DNA of 64,000 bases, from the IMG/VR virus record IMGVR_UViG_3300035070_003528, positions 37,466 to 101,465 of that record. One strand, 5' to 3'. Shown here in pieces: positions 52,644 through 60,936 of the stretch (positions are counted from its first letter, which is position 1; the number at the start of each line of letters is the position of its first letter). Source of the stretch: a virus. The position numbers and the translations under genes are program-made. The notes beneath the pieces are model-generated. The model did not search any database. It worked only from the letters and a program-made list of their open reading frames with translations, and was not told the origin of the DNA.

Positions 52644-53156
52644 TTAACGATGATCTCCATCGCCTTTAATAACCCCACGCTGCTGACGACTGCCAAGTTT
52701 AAGGTGTAACTCGGTTATAACTGTTTCAATATCTGTGCCAAGGTTCTGAAATTGAGTAAACATGAAATCGCGCAATACACCCAATGCAACCAACGCCCTG
52801 TCTTGTTTTTTGTATGCGCTGCTTTCTCCATCGCGCATGATTTTCTTAGCAATCCCAGCCAGTGTGCCGATTGCGATCATGGCATCTGAAATATATACTT
52901 CCTCGCCTGTCCATGACAGATGACGGTCGAATGACGAGCCATACAATAGCGAAAGCTCGTAGCTGATTTGATTGCCATACCAAAAAACATCAAGCATTTC
53001 TTCGACCATTCGGTCTCTGTCACCCCGTTGCATCTCAAAAATATACTCACTAAATAGTTCATCGACAAATCCAAGTACAGGATAAGCAAGGTTGTTACCC
53101 GCATTTTGGTACACTGCGTAATCCGTCAATCTCATTGCTTCTTCATATAAATTCAT
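52644..53156 (-). CDS. MazG-like nucleotide pyrophosphohydrolase
   Basis: YPVLGFVDE, EEMLDVFWY, KKIMRD and C-terminal KL.SRQQRGVIKGDGDHR. Confidence 0.8.
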   Translation of the reverse strand: MNLYEEAMRLTDYAVYQNAGNNLAYPVLGFVDELFSEYIFEMQRGDRDRMVEEMLDVFWYGNQISYELSLLYGSSFDRHLSWTGEEVYISDAMIAIGTLAGIAKKIMRDGESSAYKKQDRALVALGVLRDFMFTQFQNLGTDIETVITELHLKLGSRQQRGVIKGDGDHR

Positions 53157-53932
53157 AATGTGTCAATCCTTTTTTGCCCAGCTTCACAGTAGGCCGTTAC
53201 TATTTCACTACAAATGTAATTCCGTTTATTCTTAATACACATTTTTGCTGTTGTCATCCCGCCACCAAATGGGTCGTATACTAAATCACCTTCATTGCTC
53301 CAGCTAATAATATGATCCTCTGCCAGTTGCTCTGGGAATTGCGCGGTGTTTACAGTTCGGTCATCTTCGTTAATAAATCCTACACTATATTTCCAAATGT
53401 TGGTTCGTTTGGATGAGGTTGGTGATTTTTTATAAATCCGCTTATTATTCGCCCCTGATTTCCCAAGTCTCTGACCCTTGCTGTATGTGTTATTCGCTCT
53501 TTTTGGCACAATATCCTTTATAGGATTGAATGTTTTTATTTTGCCTTTTGTTAACACGAACATATATTCAAATGCCTGATTGTAACAATATCTAGACCCA
53601 GATGATCCTACACCATTTTTTTCGTAAATCATCGTGTCTAGCACATTAAATCCACACTCACTCAAATACAATACCTGTTTAAAGCTACTTAGTGTTTCGC
53701 ATCCATTTATTGTCTGGTCGGCGACAACCCATACAACAGTTCCTCCGACAGAAGTTTTTTCGTACAAGAGATTTGATATATTACGAAATTCGCCCCATGT
53801 CATGTTGTGGTAATTCCTAGCGTTATCGTAATTTGGGCTAGTTAAAACAAGATCTATAAAATTATCATCCATTCTAGATAGGGTATCAATACAGTTTTCG
53901 TTGTAGAGTTTATTAATCTCGATACCAGACAT
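53153..53932 (-). CDS. N4-C/N6-A DNA methyltransferase (beta class)
   Basis: LVLTSPNY, AQFPE and SNEGDLVYDPFGGGMTT. Confidence 0.85.
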   Translation of the reverse strand: MSGIEINKLYNENCIDTLSRMDDNFIDLVLTSPNYDNARNYHNMTWGEFRNISNLLYEKTSVGGTVVWVVADQTINGCETLSSFKQVLYLSECGFNVLDTMIYEKNGVGSSGSRYCYNQAFEYMFVLTKGKIKTFNPIKDIVPKRANNTYSKGQRLGKSGANNKRIYKKSPTSSKRTNIWKYSVGFINEDDRTVNTAQFPEQLAEDHIISWSNEGDLVYDPFGGGMTTAKMCIKNKRNYICSEIVTAYCEAGQKRIDTL

Positions 53933-54472
53933 TTACACCTCATCTCCCCAAGCATCCCAACCTGGATGAACCTGCCTTGCAAATAATTCAATTCTTGGCA
54001 AATCACCAGCAAGCTCAACGATTTTATCTCTAAATGCATTAGGTTTTTTAGAATGCTTATCTACTCTATGCTCAACCACGCTGCGAACGGATGCTGATAC
54101 TCGTTTGGCTTTGCCTCGTGTGGCTATTAGACAATTCTCAGACCCGGCACGAGTCCAGAAGCCCATTCCAAAGAATGGCTTCCAACGAGTCGTTTTCTTA
54201 ACCCAGGCAAACCCTGTCATTGTTTTTAGCTCAAATCCCCACGCATCCACAACAGCCAATGCTTCTTTTGGCATACTTGCTACCCACCACATAAACAATA
54301 CACAATCATCGGCCGCGATGCTTTGTACTGGCAGGGCGCAAATTTCATCAACACCCGAAACCGTGTACTGCTGGGACGCACCACTAATCATACTACCACC
54401 AGTTCGTTTGTTATTAAATGACCAACCTGGATCTGCGTAAATAATGTTATACTTTTTATCAGGAAACATCAA
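53933..54472 (-). CDS. MT-A70 family adenine methyltransferase
   Basis: IIYADPGW, LFMW, AWGF, GMGFWTR..SE, HSKKP and RIELFAR...GWDAWGDEV. Confidence 0.9.
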   Translation of the reverse strand: MMFPDKKYNIIYADPGWSFNNKRTGGSMISGASQQYTVSGVDEICALPVQSIAADDCVLFMWWVASMPKEALAVVDAWGFELKTMTGFAWVKKTTRWKPFFGMGFWTRAGSENCLIATRGKAKRVSASVRSVVEHRVDKHSKKPNAFRDKIVELAGDLPRIELFARQVHPGWDAWGDEV

Positions 54473-55067
54473 TCTTCCTTTGTGTAAATCATGACATCAC
54501 TCGTTGCAAATAGATATAAGCCAATCCCAATCGGAACGATTAGTAACCATGCGTAATTTTTCTTATCAGGTTGCACATTATTATTATCACCAATAATCAC
54601 TGTGCTATCATTGGCTTCGATGTCATGGCTAAATAATCGAATTTCGCCACCAGATGTACCGTAGGATGATACGGCCGTTAGCCCACAAAATACTAGGGCG
54701 AAACAAATTAACCCAATTAATAGATACTTTTTCAATCCCAATCCTCTATTTCCCATTCTTCGTCTTCATTGTAAAAATTAATTAAATCACTTTCGTCATA
54801 ATGAAGCACATGCATACGCACTTGTAAATCTTCGTCTGACATATTACCGTCATAGGCATTTTGCAGTCTATCGTGCGCCCGTCTTCCTGTTTCCGCAAAT
54901 GAGACACCTGATTTTTGTTGAATTATAATAAACACAACACCAATTACCATCAAGCAGATTACAAACAATACGCCAAGAGCAATATACTCAGCGCCAAATG
55001 AAGTGGTCATCATGGTAATTGCAATGAGCAATAAAAATACGGTGAAGAAAATCGTGGCTGTTTTCAT
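54469..55067 (-). other. two small membrane proteins (54469-54756 and 54732-55067)
   Basis: Hydrophobic TM segments; overlapping ORFs. Confidence 0.65.
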
Positions 55068-55124
55068 TGTATCATTATACCAAAGTTATATACAAAAGAA
55101 TACGTTACTATCGTAATGTTGCAT

Positions 55125-55160
55125 AAAAAAATCCCCTGACCCATACGGTATCAGAGGATT
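55125..55160 (-). terminator. terminator ending the RNA cassette
   Basis: AATCCTCTGA...TCAGGGGATT followed by a T run. Confidence 0.7.
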
Positions 55161-55428
55161 AGTCGCAGTCCAGGTCGCTGTGTGTGAATCAACAAAGCTG
55201 GTAATATCGTCATATCCAGAGTTGAATCACAATACCCCTCGATGCTGCGATCTTGCGAATTCTTCCATTGGGGCTGACTTGTGGTGCAATGCATTCATCA
55301 CAACGCTACCTCTCGGCATTTCGCTCAGATGTCTCTCCATCAGTCACCTTGCGTATAAACCGACACTCTCAGGTGTGGCAGCTTCACCTATTCCAATAAA
55401 GACGTATTAGTGCCAATAGGCTTATCAG

Positions 55429-55502
55429 TCTGAATGGCAAGAATCGAACTTGCGACATCTCGGCCCCAAACCGAGCACTCTACCTAACTGAGTTACATTC
55501 AG
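55429..55502 (-). tRNA. tRNA-Pro (UGG), no encoded CCA
   Basis: CTGAATG/CATTCAG acceptor, CTCGG-TT TGG GG-CCGAG anticodon arm and GCAAG TTCGATT CTTGC T arm. Confidence 0.92.
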
Positions 55503-55504
55503 AA

Positions 55505-55587
55505 AGCATGGGTACGGACTTTTACCGTGAATCTCAACACAGCCACCCACGAGACTGTTTCGCTCTCTGAGGCAGAGATACCTCACT
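55505..55587 (-). ncRNA. degenerate tRNA-like element
   Basis: T-arm-like ACGG-TAAAAGT-CCGT followed by an acceptor-like strand; non-canonical middle. Confidence 0.4.
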
Positions 55588-55588
55588 G

Positions 55589-55664
55589 TGGGCAATACAA
55601 GAATCGAACTTGCAATTCACTGCCGTATACAACAGTGCGTTGTTGCCATTACAACTAATTACCC
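55589..55664 (-). tRNA. tRNA-Val-like with a 10-nt anticodon loop
   Basis: GGGTAAT/ATTGCCC-A acceptor, GTTG/CAAC D stem, CACTG-TTGTATACGG-CAGTG and a TTCGATT T loop. Confidence 0.75.
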
Positions 55665-55740
55665 AGAGTGCCGGTTTTAGATTAGGGACAAAACCGGCTT
55701 AAAAGAACCACATCATGGGGCGTTAGACGCTTGCCATGTG

Positions 55741-55815
55741 TACGCACCCCAGGAGTTGAACCTAGCTACTTACCGCTTATAAGACGGCTTGATACAACCG
55801 GTATTCTTGATGCGT
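55741..55815 (-). tRNA. tRNA-Ile (UAU) with an atypical D arm
   Basis: ACGCATC/GGTGCGT-A acceptor, GCCGT-CT TAT AA-GCGGT and CTAGG TTCAACT CCTGG. Confidence 0.75.
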
Positions 55816-55954
55816 AAATGAATGAATTTCCAGTCTACTCCCTGTCCGTATCATTATCGCTGTTAATTCAGCACGTCCGATGGTTTTACTTGGGTCGGGT
55901 TCAAGTTGCGATTTTATTTTTATTAAGCAGTTAGAATCACGTAACTAACTTCTG

Positions 55955-56031
55955 AGCGGATAGCAGGAATCGAACCCGCATGTTTCCAATTACCCTTTCG
56001 TCTGGGTAGAAACCAGAGGGGATATATCCGC
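55955..56031 (-). ncRNA. tRNA-like RNA lacking a normal D arm (UCU loop)
   Basis: GCGGATA/TATCCGC acceptor and canonical GGTTCGATTCC; the TCTGG-TTTCTAC-CCAGA hairpin begins only 7 nt after the acceptor strand. Confidence 0.7.
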
Positions 56032-56189
56032 TTGTAATGGGCTGGTTGCAGCCAGCCCATTCATTCTTGCCACAACTCACAGGATTTGGGCAGCACACTG
56101 GCAATTATGGCTCATGTGGCTATATAACTATTTTACGGAATTGACTTACTGTGTCAAGCGTCGATTATTCTATAGATACCACTTAATTT

Positions 56190-56304
56190 TACTGGGGGCT
56201 AGTCGCTACTCTAGCTTCTATGTTCGCTTTTCGTTCCTAGACCAACTGTACGTACCATTTATTGCAGGTAGTCGGGTGTCTGCGATTTTCCACGCCGTCC
56301 CAGT
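56190..56304 (-). ncRNA. about 115-nt tRNA-mimic-like RNA
   Basis: ACTGGG/CCCAGT end stem, D-loop-like GGCGTGGAAAATCGCAGACAC and terminal GCTAG-AGTAGCGA-CTAGC hairpin. Confidence 0.5.
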
Positions 56305-56455
56305 TTATTCGACTTACCAGTTTGAGGTTAAAAACCTTGGCAAGTTCTGTTTATTAATGGAACGCGAGGACATCCGAAGATTGTTGGCCCGTAGACTATT
56401 TTATCTCCCACTTGTTGTTTTGAGATTAGGGAGCCTCGCATAATTAATTCTATTC

Positions 56456-56555
56456 ATATGCCGACAGGACTTTTACCTGCTATATACATCCCTCTAATTT
56501 AATCGGATGCCTTCGCTCATGCAGACTATAAACTGAGATATAGAATGACGACATA
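56456..56555 (-). ncRNA. 100-nt tRNA-like RNA
   Basis: TATGTCG/CGGCATA 7-bp stem, GCAGG-TAAAAGT-CCTGT arm and two internal hairpins. Confidence 0.5.
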
Positions 56556-56710
56556 GATTTGTTAAAGATGACGGCCGGTTTATGTGGGACATTACTCCTC
56601 GTTCAGATTAGTAAGTCACCGGTCGTCTATTAGGTTATGTCTGTTATTATATATAACTTTGCGTTGATTGCAATAGTTACAAAGTGCTATTTCAAATAAT
56701 CTAGAAAAAA

Positions 56711-57454
56711 TCACACAAATTCAATGTCATCTACATCGTAAGTGTAGTGAATTTGATCTAGGTACGCCAAGAATTGAACACCACTATTATGTTTTATACC
56801 ATATGATTTATGAAAATCCTTATGTTGTTTGACACACAGAGTTATTCCATTCGTTTTGTTGTATTTCATATGGGGGGTGAATGTGTACGAGTTTATATGA
56901 TGGGCGTTTATTTTTCCACCAGCACTGCATACAACGCATTTGTAATCATCCCTAATAAAGATATACGATCTCCAGTCTTTATTTTCTTTGGTATCTCTCT
57001 TTGCTATACGATCTTCGTCAGTTAGTAGAGGATTCCATAATGGGTTATCTTTTCCAAACGACTTGCACCCATTCTTCTTTACAGCACACCCGCACGATGC
57101 AACAGTCCCCCTTCGTAGATTTTGCTTCTCGGCGATATGCGTGTTCCCGCAATCGCAAATGGCGTTCCAGTATGAAGATTTACTATCAGAGCGAGAAAAT
57201 CCAGTAACCGTCAGCATCCCATAACGTTCTCCGGTAATATCAATTAATCGGCTTAGGTGATCTGCGCATCTTCTGCAATAACTATGCATCCTCAGAGTTA
57301 TTGATGATTTTCTAATTTCGTACGATTGCCTACAGTTAGGGCATAAAACACAAATGGGTTTCCCTGACCAATTACTCAGTGAATCAAACTTTCGCCTATC
57401 AGCTTCCGTAGGGAATAATATCGTCTTGGGTAATTCGTTTCTTTTGGATGACAT
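56711..57454 (-). mobile_element. free-standing HNH homing endonuclease coupled to nrdJ
   Basis: DITGERYGMLTV, CDCG, SCGC and RDDYKCVVC...AHHINS...NGITLC..HK.FH. Confidence 0.85.
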
Positions 57455-59034
57455 TACAATTCACATACGCCGCTAGGGCAATCTTGTAGCAAGCTATCTT
57501 CTTCCTTTACATCTTCAAGAACTTGAAACTGTCTGCTACCGTCACGGTAAACCGTAATCCCCTTGCATCCAGATTCCCAAGCGTAGACAAACGCATTAAT
57601 AATATCTTGCACTGTCGCACTGTTTGGCATATTAATTGTTTTAGAAACGGCACTGTCGCAATTTCTTTGTACGGTAGCTTGTACATCTATGTGTTGTTTC
57701 CATGTTGGGACTTTTGCCTCGTCATCATTTAAACAAGAAACAAAAAACGGCTCATTACGAAGTGGGTGTGTAAATAAATATGTTTCGCCACGCTCGTCAG
57801 TTCGTTGGTATACTGGGGAGAATATTGGCTCAATACCATGTGAACATTCAGAAATAAATCCAATACTTCCAGTTGGTGCAATACTAACAGTTGTTATGTT
57901 TCTACGGCCAAGTTTTTGGCAATGATCTGGGATGCCGCGCTCTGCTCCCAGTTGCTCCGATGTCGAATAAGAGACCTGTTGAATGACACCCATAACCCTA
58001 TCTAGAAAATCAAGGCTAGGTTGTTCGCCATATTTCATTCTTAATTTTAGTAGCGAGTCTGCATATCCCATAATTCCTATACCAATTGGGCGATGGTTTT
58101 TATACCATTCCTCAAATTTCGGAGTAGGAAAGACATTTTTACTGCCAACATTATCAAGAAAGCGCGAAATGACCGTTACGACACGAGATAAACGCGCATA
58201 ATCAAAATTCCCGTTATCATCATAAAAATATTCGTGAGATATATTAATACTACCCAAATTACAGCTACCGTAGCTTGGTATAGGCTGCTCCCCGCAAGGA
58301 TTTGTAGCCTCTATTTTACACCCGCATGATTGATATGGGGTATTATTATTGATAGTAGTATGGAATAACAGGCCTGGATCTCCATTGTTCCATGCGTTTT
58401 TTGCTAAGTTGATTAATTGTAATCGTTCGCCATTGTCTCCGCTTCGGGCTTCTGTCATCCATTCGTCTGTAGCCATCACTGATTGATTAAAGTTGCCAGC
58501 GAATTTTTCGTCTTTATTTTGTTTTAGATTTATAAATTTATCTAAATCCTTGTGGTCAGAGCGCAATGTATACATAAGGGCCATTCTTCTGAACCCACCC
58601 TGAGTAATCATTTCTAGATAATCACTCACACGCAATGCCCAATTATTAGGGCCATATGCAAAACCGTGCGTACTCCCAGATACAGGGCTACCCTCTGGTC
58701 TTATATTAGTTCCAGTAAAGCCACACCCTCCACCCCGTTTGCCAACAGCCGCAACGTCGCCGAGAACGCTAACATGGTTTTCTAGATTATCTTCATCTGG
58801 GCCAACAACAAAACACGCAAACAAGCCACCATTGGCTGTACCAGAGTTAACTAAACAAGGAGAGTTTGGCAACCAAATGCGCCTGGAGAGATGTTCCGTT
58901 ACCTCCTGCTTGTACCAATTTGATTCCCCATCGCAAACATGATTGACAACCCGTTTTACAAGGTCGTCCCATGTCTCACCAGGGCGCAAGTATCTTTGCT
59001 CTAACAATCTTTGAACATCTTTTGAAAGTGTCAT
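57454..59034 (-). CDS. nrdJ: class II (adenosylcobalamin) ribonucleotide reductase
   Basis: PNSPCLVN, ACFV, GGGCG, TNPCGEQ, CNLGSIN, APTGS, SKTIN, KGITVYRDGSR and C-terminal CPSGVCEL; no NrdB gene adjacent. Confidence 0.92.
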   Translation of the reverse strand: MTLSKDVQRLLEQRYLRPGETWDDLVKRVVNHVCDGESNWYKQEVTEHLSRRIWLPNSPCLVNSGTANGGLFACFVVGPDEDNLENHVSVLGDVAAVGKRGGGCGFTGTNIRPEGSPVSGSTHGFAYGPNNWALRVSDYLEMITQGGFRRMALMYTLRSDHKDLDKFINLKQNKDEKFAGNFNQSVMATDEWMTEARSGDNGERLQLINLAKNAWNNGDPGLLFHTTINNNTPYQSCGCKIEATNPCGEQPIPSYGSCNLGSINISHEYFYDDNGNFDYARLSRVVTVISRFLDNVGSKNVFPTPKFEEWYKNHRPIGIGIMGYADSLLKLRMKYGEQPSLDFLDRVMGVIQQVSYSTSEQLGAERGIPDHCQKLGRRNITTVSIAPTGSIGFISECSHGIEPIFSPVYQRTDERGETYLFTHPLRNEPFFVSCLNDDEAKVPTWKQHIDVQATVQRNCDSAVSKTINMPNSATVQDIINAFVYAWESGCKGITVYRDGSRQFQVLEDVKEEDSLLQDCPSGVCEL

Positions 59035-59037
59035 ATC

Positions 59038-59565
59038 CTATCCTTTTGTACTGGGTATTATGGAATCGAATAGCAAATGTAATATATCTGCCAAAAAAAT
59101 TCCGGTGATAAATAAACAAAACGCACCAAATCCAAAATAGGCAATAAAAAAACCAGCAGCAATTTGCAGTGGTATTGCTAGGATTTGTGCGATTACACAA
59201 TGAAACAACAGACGATTTGGGTTATCATCTCTGAATTGTGGTGCTAGTAGAATAGCAGGACTGAGGATAAAAATCAACCTGACTATTGTGCCGTAAACGG
59301 CATGTGATTTGCCACGGTGCTTCATGCTAATTGCGTATGGATACCACAAAGTTTGCCAATAAACATGCAGAAACCCAGTGTATTTGCGTAAATAATACAA
59401 CGAGATATTTCCATTATCTACGTCAGTATCTGGGGAACAGAATATCTGATAGAAAAATCCAGCGGCGAGTGCTAGGACATTATGAAACCCAAATATAAAG
59501 AGGGTTAGAGAGAGATACACCCCGTGAAAAACAGTTACTCTCGTGTGGGTGTGACCATCAGCCAT
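59038..59565 (-). CDS. DUF2227-like metal-binding membrane protein
   Basis: G.TH, SPDTD, W.PY....KHRGKSH and D.LH...D, with TM helices. Confidence 0.75.
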   Translation of the reverse strand: MADGHTHTRVTVFHGVYLSLTLFIFGFHNVLALAAGFFYQIFCSPDTDVDNGNISLYYLRKYTGFLHVYWQTLWYPYAISMKHRGKSHAVYGTIVRLIFILSPAILLAPQFRDDNPNRLLFHCVIAQILAIPLQIAAGFFIAYFGFGAFCLFITGIFLADILHLLFDSIIPSTKG

Positions 59566-59893
59566 TCATTAAATCTGTTAGAAGATTAATTCCCCATACA
59601 TTTCTAAAAAAGGACAAGTTTTCTGAACCGTGACTATTATAGTAAATCTCAACAAAATCTTCTTTCAGACAAATACTACCTCGCCCGTCATCATACCTAC
59701 CGTATCCCGCATTAACGATATTTAGTATGCTACTCTTGCACTTGTCTATTGGACAAATGATAGTATTACGATCAATAACATACCAATCCATCCCGCGCAA
59801 AAGGGGAATGATTCGGTTAAATCTGTCTTCTGCCGATCTTGAGTCTCGGTCTTCTTTATCTTTTAGCCTATTTAAAATATCATTTACTTTCAT
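59558..59893 (-). CDS. hypothetical protein
   Basis: Operonic, with an overlap. Confidence 0.6.
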   Translation of the reverse strand: MKVNDILNRLKDKEDRDSRSAEDRFNRIIPLLRGMDWYVIDRNTIICPIDKCKSSILNIVNAGYGRYDDGRGSICLKEDFVEIYYNSHGSENLSFFRNVWGINLLTDLMNG

Positions 59894-59902
59894 TGATTTT
59901 CT

Positions 59903-60688
59903 CTATTCTCCCACAAACTTAATCTTTTCGTCTTTGTATTTATCGATACCAGACTTAATATAAATACTAATATCGCTAACGACACTACGCTTGATCCCGG
60001 CGTAGTTTTTTGTCCTAGCCACCACTTTCCCTTCTATTGTTTCATCAAAGCACCAGTTTCCATCATTGTCCTTCACTTTCACCTTACCGGACAGCAGCAT
60101 GGCTAGAACCTGCTTCTTCTCTCCATGTATGGGAATGTATTTGCGCAGTGTGTTAAAATCTCTGTCGTTTAACACGTGCGAAATATTGTTTGTCAGGCCA
60201 TGAATCGTCTTTCCATATGAATAGAAGTATACAGATACGCCAGGAATGCGATAATGCCACTCGAAAAACATATTTTCAGCAACGATTGTAAAATTGACAT
60301 GAGACACATTGGTTAACGAACGCAAAATTGCTTCTATACAGAACTTTGCTGATGTCCCTGTTGCTATTTCATCATCAACGAACAGTACCTCAGTTGCTTT
60401 ATTTATTTCATATCTGTCGTCGTGAACCGTATTGTCTCTATAAACTGGAATTGCAATATGTGGGGGAAACGGCCGTTCTGCATACTCGTAAACCATCTTT
60501 GCTATTTCCCCCATCACCAGCCCACTATTTCCCGCCATCACAACTAAATCGAATTCACGCTTGTTAATCAATGAGTACAATCTGGCCGCATATCGCTCCA
60601 GCCTATCAACCGCAATAGAACTGCGATTATATCGTTTTGACAATTTTTTCAATCTTTTTTGATAATCACCTGGGAATTTTCTAAGCAT
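59903..60688 (-). CDS. phosphoribosyltransferase-fold protein
   Basis: PRPP motif VLFVDDEIATGTS and AGNSG; start moved to MLRKF after AAGGA. Confidence 0.75.
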   Translation of the reverse strand: MLRKFPGDYQKRLKKLSKRYNRSSIAVDRLERYAARLYSLINKREFDLVVMAGNSGLVMGEIAKMVYEYAERPFPPHIAIPVYRDNTVHDDRYEINKATEVLFVDDEIATGTSAKFCIEAILRSLTNVSHVNFTIVAENMFFEWHYRIPGVSVYFYSYGKTIHGLTNNISHVLNDRDFNTLRKYIPIHGEKKQVLAMLLSGKVKVKDNDGNWCFDETIEGKVVARTKNYAGIKRSVVSDISIYIKSGIDKYKDEKIKFVGE

Positions 60689-60936
60689 CGTACTTTCCTT
60701 GTAAATCACTTTACACAATTGCGATAAAATAGTGCTATTATAAAACCATGTCAGAAGTAATCGCATGGTTAGGTAGACCAATAGACGGAATGACAGTGGC
60801 AACTTTGCTGCTCGTTTTATCCGTTGGAGCAAACATTGCATTCGCATCTCGCCATAGACGCTAGATAATCAACCACATATAAAACAATAATAAAAAATAA
60901 ACTGTCATTAGAATTAGTATTCGCCTTAGATACGGA

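Noticed and set aside
55375-55428. Hammerhead ribozyme (CTGATAAG-stem-TGAAG on the minus strand)
   Set aside because: The core deviates at G8 and A15.1, and stems I and III could not be built convincingly.
55955-56031. Amber suppressor tRNA (CTA in the loop)
   Set aside because: The 5-bp stem fixes a 7-nt loop centred on TCT, so CTA is off-register.
55180-56443. Plus-strand ORFs 55180-55410 and 56114-56443
   Set aside because: No RBS or protein-like features, and they are antisense to the structured RNA cassette.
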